Source of the DNA: Candidatus Thorarchaeota archaeon
Lineage (GTDB): Archaea > Asgardarchaeota > Thorarchaeia > Thorarchaeales > Thorarchaeaceae
Assembly: GCA_048882045.1 (NCBI GenBank)
Contig: JBHLRZ010000041.1
Location: 1-23,754 of the forward strand
Length of the DNA: 23,754 nucleotides
Reading direction: 5' to 3'
Part shown: piece by piece, positions 16,724 through 23,754 of the stretch
How the letters are laid out: each line of letters opens with the position of its first letter
Numbering within the stretch: position 1 is the stretch's first letter
The notes under the pieces: generated by a model
Database searches by the model: none
Seen by the model: only the letters and a program-made list of their open reading frames with translations
What the model was told of the DNA's origin: nothing
Made by a program: the position numbers and the translations under genes

Positions 16724-17329
16724 CTATTTCCTAATGATTTCAAGCAGCTCTGCAAGTCTTCGTTTGACATCTGATTCTACTGTACTCAGTTCTGCAAGCT
16801 GTCGAATATGGTCAATCCTTGTTTCTCTATATGTTTCTTCTGAGATGCTCCCATTACGCCTTTTTACCTCTAGCCTATCTGATTCTGCATTTATCTCATC
16901 TCGCTTAGCTTCGACCAAATCGAATCCCTGTTTAAGAGACATCCACTCGATCATCGCATGACTACGTTCCTCTTCCATTCTCTCTCTTCGGTGACGCTCT
17001 TCTTCTGCTTGCTTCAACTGCTTGTTGGCTTGACGTATCTCTCTCTGAATTTCATAGAGGCGTTTCTCTACCTCTCTCTTCACTTGGAGGATTTGTGTTG
17101 ACTCCGCCCACTTCTCCCTGTAGAGAACTATATGTTCCCCATCGGTAAGCTCACCAGTTTCCAGACGTCTATCGATACGAGTAAGCTCCTCCTGAACGTC
17201 AAGAAGTTGTCTCTTTACCTCATCATAAGATTTTCTGAGTGAAACCCATTCAACACTATACTGTGAAAGAACCTCTTTCGGGTCCACATAGTAGTCATCT
17301 TCTGGTGGAGATCCTTCGTGGTGACTCAT
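16724..17329 (-). CDS. Coiled-coil protein with an internal duplication, CdvA coiled-coil-like
   Basis: Two ~70-aa repeats, EWVSL...GELTDGEH...VEKRL and EWMSL...GSISEETY...VKRRL. Confidence 0.55.
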   Translation of the reverse strand: MSHHEGSPPEDDYYVDPKEVLSQYSVEWVSLRKSYDEVKRQLLDVQEELTRIDRRLETGELTDGEHIVLYREKWAESTQILQVKREVEKRLYEIQREIRQANKQLKQAEEERHRRERMEEERSHAMIEWMSLKQGFDLVEAKRDEINAESDRLEVKRRNGSISEETYRETRIDHIRQLAELSTVESDVKRRLAELLEIIRK

Positions 17330-17465
17330 TCATGTTTTCTCCTAGCGAGTCTCTCATGTCATCGTATGCCTTATGGTATTTTCTGATACGCAATTTTCTC
17401 AGTTTCTTGCAAACCCATCCGCTTAAGAGGTGGAAGTGTACATAGGAGACTCGTTGTGCTTGAGA

Positions 17466-18533
17466 ATGAACATCGAAGTCGATCTAGTTCCCAAGGATGA
17501 AAGGAAGGAGAAACCTTCCGATGTACTTCAGGTGGCATTCGGGACTGTCTTCACAGATCATATGTTTTCAATGAAACACAATGGTGCCGAATGGACCAAC
17601 GCAAGAATCCATCCCCATGGGCCACTCTCATTGAGTCCTGCTGCACTATGCCTGCATTATGGACAAGGAATCTTTGAAGGAATGAAAGCGTATTGTAGAG
17701 GAGACAGGGTCCTTCTTTTCAGACCCGAGAAGAACTTTGAGAGGTTCAATGAATCTGCAAAGAGAATGGTCATGCCAGAGATAGACACCACTTTTGCGTT
17801 GCATTCTCTGAAAGAACTTCTTAAAATTGAACGTTCTTGGGTTCCGGATGTTTCAGGAAGTTCTCTCTACATCCGTCCTACTATGATAGGAACAGAACCA
17901 AAGCTTGGTGTCAAACCTTCCTCGGAATATCTCTATTACATAATTCTTAGCCCAGTTGGTCCATACTTCAAAGAAGGCTTTTCTCCAGTCAAGATTTACG
18001 TAAGTGATAAGTATGTAAGAGCAGTACGGGGCGGCACAGGTGCTGCAAAGGCAAGCGGTAACTATGCTGCTGGGCTCCTCGCTGGTACAGATGCGACCAA
18101 GGTCGGCTATTCTCAAGTTCTATGGTTGGACGCTCTTGAAAACTGTTGGATAGAGGAGGTAGGCACCATGAACCTCATGATCAGGTTCGATGATGAAGTT
18201 GCAACACCCCCTCTCACAGGTACAATACTCCCTGGAATCACAAGAGATTCTGTCTTGACACTCCTCAAGGACTATGGAATGAATGTCAATGAGAGAAGAA
18301 TCTCAATAGACGAAGTGATTGAGGGTATTAAATCTGGGAAGGTAAAGGAAATCTTTGGTTGCGGAACTGCTGCAATAATCGCTCCTGTAGGTTCCCTCTG
18401 GTACAAGGACACTCCTTATGACGTAGCAAATGGAAATATTGGAGAACTCACTCAACGACTCTTTGATGAACTGATTGGCATCCAATCAGGAGAGCTTGAA
18501 GATCCCCATGACTGGGTTGTTCCAATAGACTGA
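17466..18533 (+). CDS. ilvE: Branched-chain amino acid aminotransferase
   Basis: FG.VFTDHM, LHYGQ.IFEGMKAY, LYIRP, GTG.AK..GNY, EEVGTMN, ILPGITR, GCGTAA. The start could be a few codons upstream (TTG 17454 or 17460). Confidence 0.95.
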   Translation: MNIEVDLVPKDERKEKPSDVLQVAFGTVFTDHMFSMKHNGAEWTNARIHPHGPLSLSPAALCLHYGQGIFEGMKAYCRGDRVLLFRPEKNFERFNESAKRMVMPEIDTTFALHSLKELLKIERSWVPDVSGSSLYIRPTMIGTEPKLGVKPSSEYLYYIILSPVGPYFKEGFSPVKIYVSDKYVRAVRGGTGAAKASGNYAAGLLAGTDATKVGYSQVLWLDALENCWIEEVGTMNLMIRFDDEVATPPLTGTILPGITRDSVLTLLKDYGMNVNERRISIDEVIEGIKSGKVKEIFGCGTAAIIAPVGSLWYKDTPYDVANGNIGELTQRLFDELIGIQSGELEDPHDWVVPID

Positions 18534-18538
18534 GATTT

Positions 18539-18958
18539 CTATTCAAGACCCAACTCTTCTCGTTCAGCATCTGAAACCTCTGGTTCTCTCTCATCCAGTG
18601 AGTCCCATGCTGGTGGAGGGTCAAGCGATGGTTCAGGTGTTTCCGGAGCTTTTTCAAAGGCCTCCTCGACAGGTGGCGGAAGTTCCTCCTCCTCAACGAA
18701 TTCTTCCTCGAAATACTCTGCTGGTGTTTCCTCCTCCTCCTCCTCTTCTTCTTCTTCATCCAAGTCCTGTAACCTGAATTCAGCGACTAATTTCCCAGTC
18801 TCGATCTTTTCAAGGAGGAGTTTGAACATTCTCTCAACGACTACACTTCGTCCCTTTGCTTCAAACTCAATGTTACCAATCTCAAATTCGACCTCAGCAT
18901 AATCGGACTTCTTCTTTTTCTTCCCTGTGTCAGGCTCAACGACTTCGTCTTCTGACAT
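18539..18958 (-). CDS. Hypothetical protein: short beta-beta-alpha domain plus a very acidic low-complexity tail
   Basis: K5 patch, EVEFEIGNIEFEAKG...VERMF, poly-Glu tract. The ORF fills the gap between ilvE and the ferredoxin. Confidence 0.65.
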   Translation of the reverse strand: MSEDEVVEPDTGKKKKKSDYAEVEFEIGNIEFEAKGRSVVVERMFKLLLEKIETGKLVAEFRLQDLDEEEEEEEEEETPAEYFEEEFVEEEELPPPVEEAFEKAPETPEPSLDPPPAWDSLDEREPEVSDAEREELGLE

Positions 18959-19067
18959 GATAATTCAACCTATTCGGTCGTAATACTTGACTCCTAATAA
19001 ACCGTTCAGCGGCCCGAAGCATTTTAGAGTGGATATGCTAGATTCACTATGCCTCGAGGTGGTAAGA

Positions 19068-19559
19068 CTGCCAGCACAATTGATAGTTGATTTCACAAAA
19101 TGTACAGGTTGTCGCATCTGCGAAATGGCATGTACTGCAAAACATGAAAGGAAATTTCAACCAAGTCTAGCGAGATTGAAGATTGTGAAGTATGATGACT
19201 TGGGCTTGGATCTCCCAAACGTATGTGGACCATGCGAAACGGCTCCCTGCGTTGACATCTGTCCGACCTTTGCCATGCGTCGTGATCCCATCACAAAGAT
19301 GACTTTTCTCGAAGAGGACAAATGCATATTGTGTAAATCATGCGTTGGAGCTTGCGTAAATGGTGTCATCGTGCTAGATACACATCGAATGAAGATTCTC
19401 AAATGTGATCATTGTGAAGGGGATCCTGAATGCGCAGAGGTGTGTCCAACTGGTGCCATTATCTATTCTGATGTAGCAGTAGCTCCGTCAATCGATCGTC
19501 ATAGTAAGATTTCAGACTACCTCAAGGAGATTGGGAGGACAGCCTCAGGAGCTGGATGA
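19068..19559 (+). CDS. 4Fe-4S dicluster (16-Cys type) electron transfer subunit of AOR
   Basis: CTGCRICEMAC, CGPCETAPCVDICP, CILCKSCVGAC, CDHCEGDPECAEVCP. SD GAGGTGG 19056-62 points to a start near 19068 (CTG) or 19080 (TTG). Confidence 0.9.
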   Translation: MPAQLIVDFTKCTGCRICEMACTAKHERKFQPSLARLKIVKYDDLGLDLPNVCGPCETAPCVDICPTFAMRRDPITKMTFLEEDKCILCKSCVGACVNGVIVLDTHRMKILKCDHCEGDPECAEVCPTGAIIYSDVAVAPSIDRHSKISDYLKEIGRTASGAG

Positions 19560-19560
19560 T

Positions 19561-21453
19561 TTGAGTCCTGGTGGTTACAAGGGAAAGATTCTCCGAGTCA
19601 ATCTCTCAGAGAATAAGTTTGTTGTAAATCCCCTTCCAAAGGAGTGGATAAAACCATTCATCGGAGGTGATGGGTTTGGTGCTCGACTGCTGTTCGAAGA
19701 GGTTCCAGCAAGGACTGATCCTTTAAGTGAAGCAAACAAACTGCTGATTGGTACTGGCCCAATCACTGGTACACTCTGGCCTATGAGTGGTAGGACTGTC
19801 TTAATTTCGAAGGCTCCGTTAACAGGAATCTGGGGTGAAAGCCACGTTGGAGGTTTTCTTGGAGCTGAATTGAAGTATGCAGGATATGACATGCTGGTTA
19901 TTGAAGGGAAGTCTGAGAAACCTGTATACATCTACATTGAGGATTCAGACTTGCAGGTTCGAGATGCTAGCAAACTTTGGGGCCGAACGACTGATGACGT
20001 GACTATGACCATCAAAAAAGGTCACAATGACCCTGATATCCAAGTAGCTGCAATTGGTCCTGCTGGAGAAAATCTCATCAGGTTCTCCAGTGTCATGGTG
20101 AATCATGCAAGAGCGGCAGGACGAACTGGAATGGGGGCCGTACTTGGATCCAAGAATGTGAAAGCTGTGGCTATTCGTGGTCATGGAGCTGTTGAGGTTC
20201 ATGACCATGAGGGTTTTGTTGATTTTGCTAAAAAGGCTCATAGACGTGTTGGTGAAAATCCGCAAGCTCAGGAGATGGGCAAGTGGGGGACTTGGGTACT
20301 GACTGCTGTAAAGCAAGAGATTGGTGAACTGCCTACATACAATCATCGAACTGGAGTTTTTGATGGTTATGAAAAACTGACTGGAGATTTTATTCGCCCT
20401 CGATTCACAGTGTCTGATAGAGCTTGTTTTGGATGTAGTCTGGGTTGCAAGAAAGTGAACTATGTCCGAGAGGGCCCCTTCTCCGGTACGCTTGAAGAAG
20501 GGCCTGAGTACGAAGGACTGATGGCTTTTGGGAGTTCACTGGGTGTTGATGATTATGCAACGACTCTCAAAGCGAACCAGATATGTAACAGACTCGGAAT
20601 GGACATCATATCTGCTGGAGCCACAATCGGTTATGCAATCGAAGCGTTTGAGAACGGTTTCATAGATGAGAAAGACACAGGCGGTATGAAACTGGCCTGG
20701 GGCGATAGAGAGGGAATCATCAAGCTCCTTGAGATGATAGCTCGACGTGAGGGTTTTGGAGATATTCTCGCAGAAGGAAGTAAGAGAGCAGCCAATTTCA
20801 TCGGCAAAGGTTCTGAGAAGTTCGCACTTGAAGTAAAGGGAATGGAGATTTCAGGTCAGGACGGACGAACTCACCGAAGCATCGGCCTTGGGCATGCCAC
20901 TGGTGCACGTGGGGCTGACCATCTTCGTAGTCTAGTAGTTGTTGATCAGCTTGGATATGAGGATGTTGCGGCCAAGAGATGGGGTGCTGATAAGCTTCCG
21001 GAAATCATCGACCCGTACACTGAGAAACACAAGGCTGTTGCAGTGGTTGAGAGCGAGAATTCGTATTGTATTCGTGATACATTGATTGTATGTTGGTACT
21101 CCGTGTCGTGGCCTCCAATATTCTGGATGGAGGATTTCGCAACTATTCTCCCACTCGCAACTGGTGAGAAACACTTTGGTAAGGTCAAAAATCTCACAGA
21201 AATAGCTGAACGACAGGTAACACTGAAACGACTGTTTAACCAACGAGAAGGAATATCTCGAAAGGATGACAAACTACCTGATAGGTTCACGAAGGAACCA
21301 ATGCCAGATGGTCCCGGTAAGGGACAGACTGTGAACTTGGATCCAATGCTAGATGACTACTATCGACTAAGAGGATGGGATTTAGAAACAGGACTGCCTA
21401 CTGAAGAAACCATCAAGCGCCTTTCGTTGCAGTGGACAAAGGAGTACTTCTAA
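19561..21453 (+). CDS. aor: Tungsten/molybdopterin aldehyde:ferredoxin oxidoreductase family protein
   Basis: GY.GKILRVNLS, KAPLTG, LKYAGYD, IGPAGEN, AAGRTG.GAV.GSKN.KA, C..C...C, EYE, G.D.IS, RGADH, YY.LRGWD. TTG 19561 directly follows the ferredoxin stop. Confidence 0.95.
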   Translation: MSPGGYKGKILRVNLSENKFVVNPLPKEWIKPFIGGDGFGARLLFEEVPARTDPLSEANKLLIGTGPITGTLWPMSGRTVLISKAPLTGIWGESHVGGFLGAELKYAGYDMLVIEGKSEKPVYIYIEDSDLQVRDASKLWGRTTDDVTMTIKKGHNDPDIQVAAIGPAGENLIRFSSVMVNHARAAGRTGMGAVLGSKNVKAVAIRGHGAVEVHDHEGFVDFAKKAHRRVGENPQAQEMGKWGTWVLTAVKQEIGELPTYNHRTGVFDGYEKLTGDFIRPRFTVSDRACFGCSLGCKKVNYVREGPFSGTLEEGPEYEGLMAFGSSLGVDDYATTLKANQICNRLGMDIISAGATIGYAIEAFENGFIDEKDTGGMKLAWGDREGIIKLLEMIARREGFGDILAEGSKRAANFIGKGSEKFALEVKGMEISGQDGRTHRSIGLGHATGARGADHLRSLVVVDQLGYEDVAAKRWGADKLPEIIDPYTEKHKAVAVVESENSYCIRDTLIVCWYSVSWPPIFWMEDFATILPLATGEKHFGKVKNLTEIAERQVTLKRLFNQREGISRKDDKLPDRFTKEPMPDGPGKGQTVNLDPMLDDYYRLRGWDLETGLPTEETIKRLSLQWTKEYF

Positions 21454-21457
21454 GCGA

Positions 21458-22417
21458 CTACATCCTTTGGTACTCAACACGGTGCGGCGTTCCACAGGCT
21501 GGACAGGCATATTGGTCTGGTCCAGTCCAGTCTATCTGTTCCCATGACATCGGAGCAGAGCAATTGGAACATCTGTTTGCGATTACTGGTTTAACGAAGA
21601 CTGTTCCAGCACCACCATTTCCAGCAGTCACAGTGACCTCTTGCTTGGTTTCTGTTGCCACTGGAGTTGGAACCACAGTTGCAGAGTCACGAATAGCATA
21701 CTGAGTAAGTGGATGATGAGGAGTAATGTAACTGAAAGGTCTGATGAGCCAATCTAGATGCTCCTTGGGCAATCTGTCCCATAATCTAGTCTGCCACATG
21801 CTTACGAGGTGGTCTTGCCTTGGTATTCTGCCTCTAATCTCGAACTTGCCAGAAGTTGCTTTGATCTTCAGTCTGTCTCCTCTAGATTCAAAAGTTTCAA
21901 CCATATAGAGGGGAAACATGAATACCTTTCTCGTTCTAGCATCAAATTGATAGAGTCTGTAGTTGGTGAGGATGAAGCTGTCTGGATAGTAAGTGTAGAC
22001 CTCCTCATCTCGTAACCAAGCAAATGTCTGATAGAAGTGCCTGGAGAAATTCTTGTGGTATCCTATTGACACCCAGCGGTTGTAGGGATGATCTGGATGT
22101 ACGAATGGTACTCCACTCACCTCGCATATCTTGCGCTGGGCTCCAACATTGAGACTATCGAACTCTCTCAGTCCTAGAGCTGCTCGCATCTCTTCCCTCC
22201 TTGGCATGGCTCCTATTACGTTGATAATGCCATTGATGACTTTGTACATTGCTGAGCCGGGAGTCAGTTTGTATTCCTTAATGATATGTAGAGGGATACT
22301 TGCACTATTTCGTGAGCCACGATCAAACTGAATCAATCGATAGTTTGTCAGGATGTATTCCTGATGCTGGCTCAAAACTCGTTCGTTCTCAATCGGGATG
22401 TATACAAGGGATGACAC
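21458..22417 (-). CDS. Tandem PH-like domain protein with a C-terminal zinc ribbon
   Basis: Duplicated E.V......ILTNYRL.QFD........PL motif, Thr/Val-rich linker, CSNC...CPAC. GTG start with GGTGA SD. Confidence 0.65.
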   Translation of the reverse strand: MSSLVYIPIENERVLSQHQEYILTNYRLIQFDRGSRNSASIPLHIIKEYKLTPGSAMYKVINGIINVIGAMPRREEMRAALGLREFDSLNVGAQRKICEVSGVPFVHPDHPYNRWVSIGYHKNFSRHFYQTFAWLRDEEVYTYYPDSFILTNYRLYQFDARTRKVFMFPLYMVETFESRGDRLKIKATSGKFEIRGRIPRQDHLVSMWQTRLWDRLPKEHLDWLIRPFSYITPHHPLTQYAIRDSATVVPTPVATETKQEVTVTAGNGGAGTVFVKPVIANRCSNCSAPMSWEQIDWTGPDQYACPACGTPHRVEYQRM

Positions 22418-22497
22418 TATAATTTCACCAACAACTATTATTGGTCTAGACAGGTATTAGGAACCCTTATGCCAATTAAACCTTGGCTGTATGGGAC

Positions 22498-22731
22498 CTA
22501 TTCATTTGCGACTCCCATTCTCTGACGAGGAATCGATATGTAAAGGATATCATCAAACCCAAGGACTCCATATCCACTTGGGTTCTCGAGTCTTACATAA
22601 TCATCATAGATTTCCTGAACCCTCACATTTGGTATTTTTGCAAGGGTGTCCCTTTGCGTGTACCTAAGATACACAGTGAAAGTCTGTCCTGTTGTTTTCA
22701 AGTCTTGGAAAATGCTCCTCCAATCAGGCAC
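22498..22731 (-). CDS. Small protein, probable Sm/Hfq-like beta-barrel
   Basis: N-terminal helix plus five predicted strands (TVYL, VRVQEIYDDYVRLE, VLGFDDILYISI). Strong SD GGAGG before GTG. Confidence 0.55.
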   Translation of the reverse strand: MPDWRSIFQDLKTTGQTFTVYLRYTQRDTLAKIPNVRVQEIYDDYVRLENPSGYGVLGFDDILYISIPRQRMGVANE

Positions 22732-22788
22732 GCTGAGTTTCCTCCTTATTGTTTAAGTTGAACTATGGGAGCATTTAACCCTTGCTGC

Positions 22789-23265
22789 TCACGAAACAGA
22801 CAGAACATTCCCATCAGTGGTTAATGATGGGGTAAGACCTAATTTCTGAAACGTGGATATAACAAGATGCTCAATTACAGCATCAGTGTTTCGCTTAATT
22901 CTGAAGATGTGAGCAGAGCATCCGCTCTTACAGTCCGAAGCTCCAAACTGTTTTGGCCCCGCTTCAAAGTATCCTCCAGTTTCAAACTCTTGAGCAATTT
23001 CACATTCAACATGTGTAGAACTCTCTGCCCAGTAGGCTCTAGATAGGAGTACATCTTTCTCTAGTAGATGATCTATATGCCAATATACGGTTTTATCTGA
23101 CCTGAAATGTCTCTTTAGTCGATTCTCAATGTTGGTCGAACCATCACCCATTGCTGAGCCAACATATACCCATTTTCCAGGATCAAACACTAGTGATCCC
23201 AGAGACTGTATGCTGAAACATACACGTTTTTCAATGTCTATAAGCAGGACATATGCTCCTTTCAT
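22789..23265 (-). CDS. DUF123 / GIY-YIG superfamily nuclease
   Basis: KGAYVL, YVGSA.G, R..RH, WHID.L, EC.IA, FGASDC..GC..H. Confidence 0.88.
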   Translation of the reverse strand: MKGAYVLLIDIEKRVCFSIQSLGSLVFDPGKWVYVGSAMGDGSTNIENRLKRHFRSDKTVYWHIDHLLEKDVLLSRAYWAESSTHVECEIAQEFETGGYFEAGPKQFGASDCKSGCSAHIFRIKRNTDAVIEHLVISTFQKLGLTPSLTTDGNVLSVS

Positions 23266-23350
23266 CGCTACTCCTCTCTTGTGTCTTCTTGATAAGGTTC
23301 ACTCACCGTCGATATTATCATAAGCACTAGTGAGAGTCGGTGTTCTTGAG

Positions 23351-23754
23351 ATGTCCTCGACTGAGATAATACCTGGAGTCCATGCAGTTCGTGGTAAATT
23401 TGCTGGAGAGTTCGGTTTCATCGCTAGCTATCTTATCGTTGATGAAGGCGAGATACTAGTCATTGATCCTGGTACTGCGGGAGACCCTGGCAATAAACTT
23501 GAGAAATCAATCAAGAATCTGGGCCTCAATCCCAAGACCGATGTTAAGGGTATACTATGCACACATGGACATCCCGATCATGTAGGTGGTGCAGGACGCT
23601 TAAAGAAGATCACTGACGCTCCTGTCATGATACATGAAGAAGATGCAGAGATTCTGGTCAAACCTGGAGATTTTCTCAATAAGCGGCTTATACTGGACAA
23701 GGCTCAGAGATTCGCCATGAAACTCGATAAGGGTCCCCTACGTGTAAACTTCCG
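23351..23754 (+). CDS. Metallo-beta-lactamase fold hydrolase (partial, runs off the window)
   Basis: Manual translation MSSTEIIPGVHAV...SYLIVD...VIDPG...ILCTHGHPDHVGG (HxHxDH). No stop before the window end. Confidence 0.9.
   Translation, partial: MSSTEIIPGVHAVRGKFAGEFGFIASYLIVDEGEILVIDPGTAGDPGNKLEKSIKNLGLNPKTDVKGILCTHGHPDHVGGAGRLKKITDAPVMIHEEDAEILVKPGDFLNKRLILDKAQRFAMKLDKGPLRVNF

Noticed and set aside
18720-18760. (TCC/TTC)n simple repeat as a DNA repeat element
   Set aside because: Explained by the poly-Glu codons of the 18539-18958 gene.
22789-23265. GIY-YIG gene as a homing endonuclease or mobile element
   Set aside because: It matches the chromosomal DUF123 type, with no intron, terminal repeats or target duplication seen.
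14-23323. Numerous antisense or nested ORFs of 60-156 aa in the ORF track (e.g. 1118-1588, 2024-2482, 11029-11469)
   Set aside because: They are shadows of well-supported genes, with Ser-rich composition and no motifs or SD.
1-23754. CRISPR arrays, tRNAs, rRNAs, transposases, inteins, Sec/Pyl read-through
   Set aside because: No spaced direct repeats, cloverleafs, DDE/Y1 motifs or intein-sized insertions were seen. The recognised enzymes appear full length at their stops.

Overview
Gene-dense archaeal chromosomal segment, most likely from an Asgard archaeon (Thorarchaeia-like). This assignment is inferred from an ESCRT-III/Snf7 gene, GGAGG/GAGGTGA-type SD motifs, and a mix of archaeal- and bacterial-type metabolic genes. 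About 27 CDS are supported: Mrp/NBP35 ATPase, IMPase/FBPase-like, ESCRT-III, SerB-like HAD, Ca/cation antiporter, threonine synthase, ChlI-like AAA+, a membrane-anchored VWA ORF, AIR-synthase-family protein, SurE, a 56-aa histone missed by the ORF track, a membrane HhH protein, uridine phosphorylase, PRPP-synthetase-like, GdhA, a CdvA-like coiled coil, IlvE, ferredoxin + AOR, a tandem PH/Zn-ribbon protein, an Sm-like protein, a DUF123 nuclease and a partial MBL hydrolase. There are three highlights. (1) An A9 slippery site followed by a hairpin joins the AAA+ ORF to the -1-frame VWA ORF. This predicts a soluble ChlI-like subunit plus a frameshifted ChlD-like subunit carrying an unusual two-helix membrane anchor. 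(2) An unexplained ~106-nt highly paired intergenic RNA element with a GNRA tetraloop lies directly downstream. (3) A truncated-alpha3 histone is transcribed divergently from a membrane-anchored HhH protein. No CRISPR array, tRNA, rRNA or mobile element was recognised. All family calls come from motif recognition by eye; no database searches were run.
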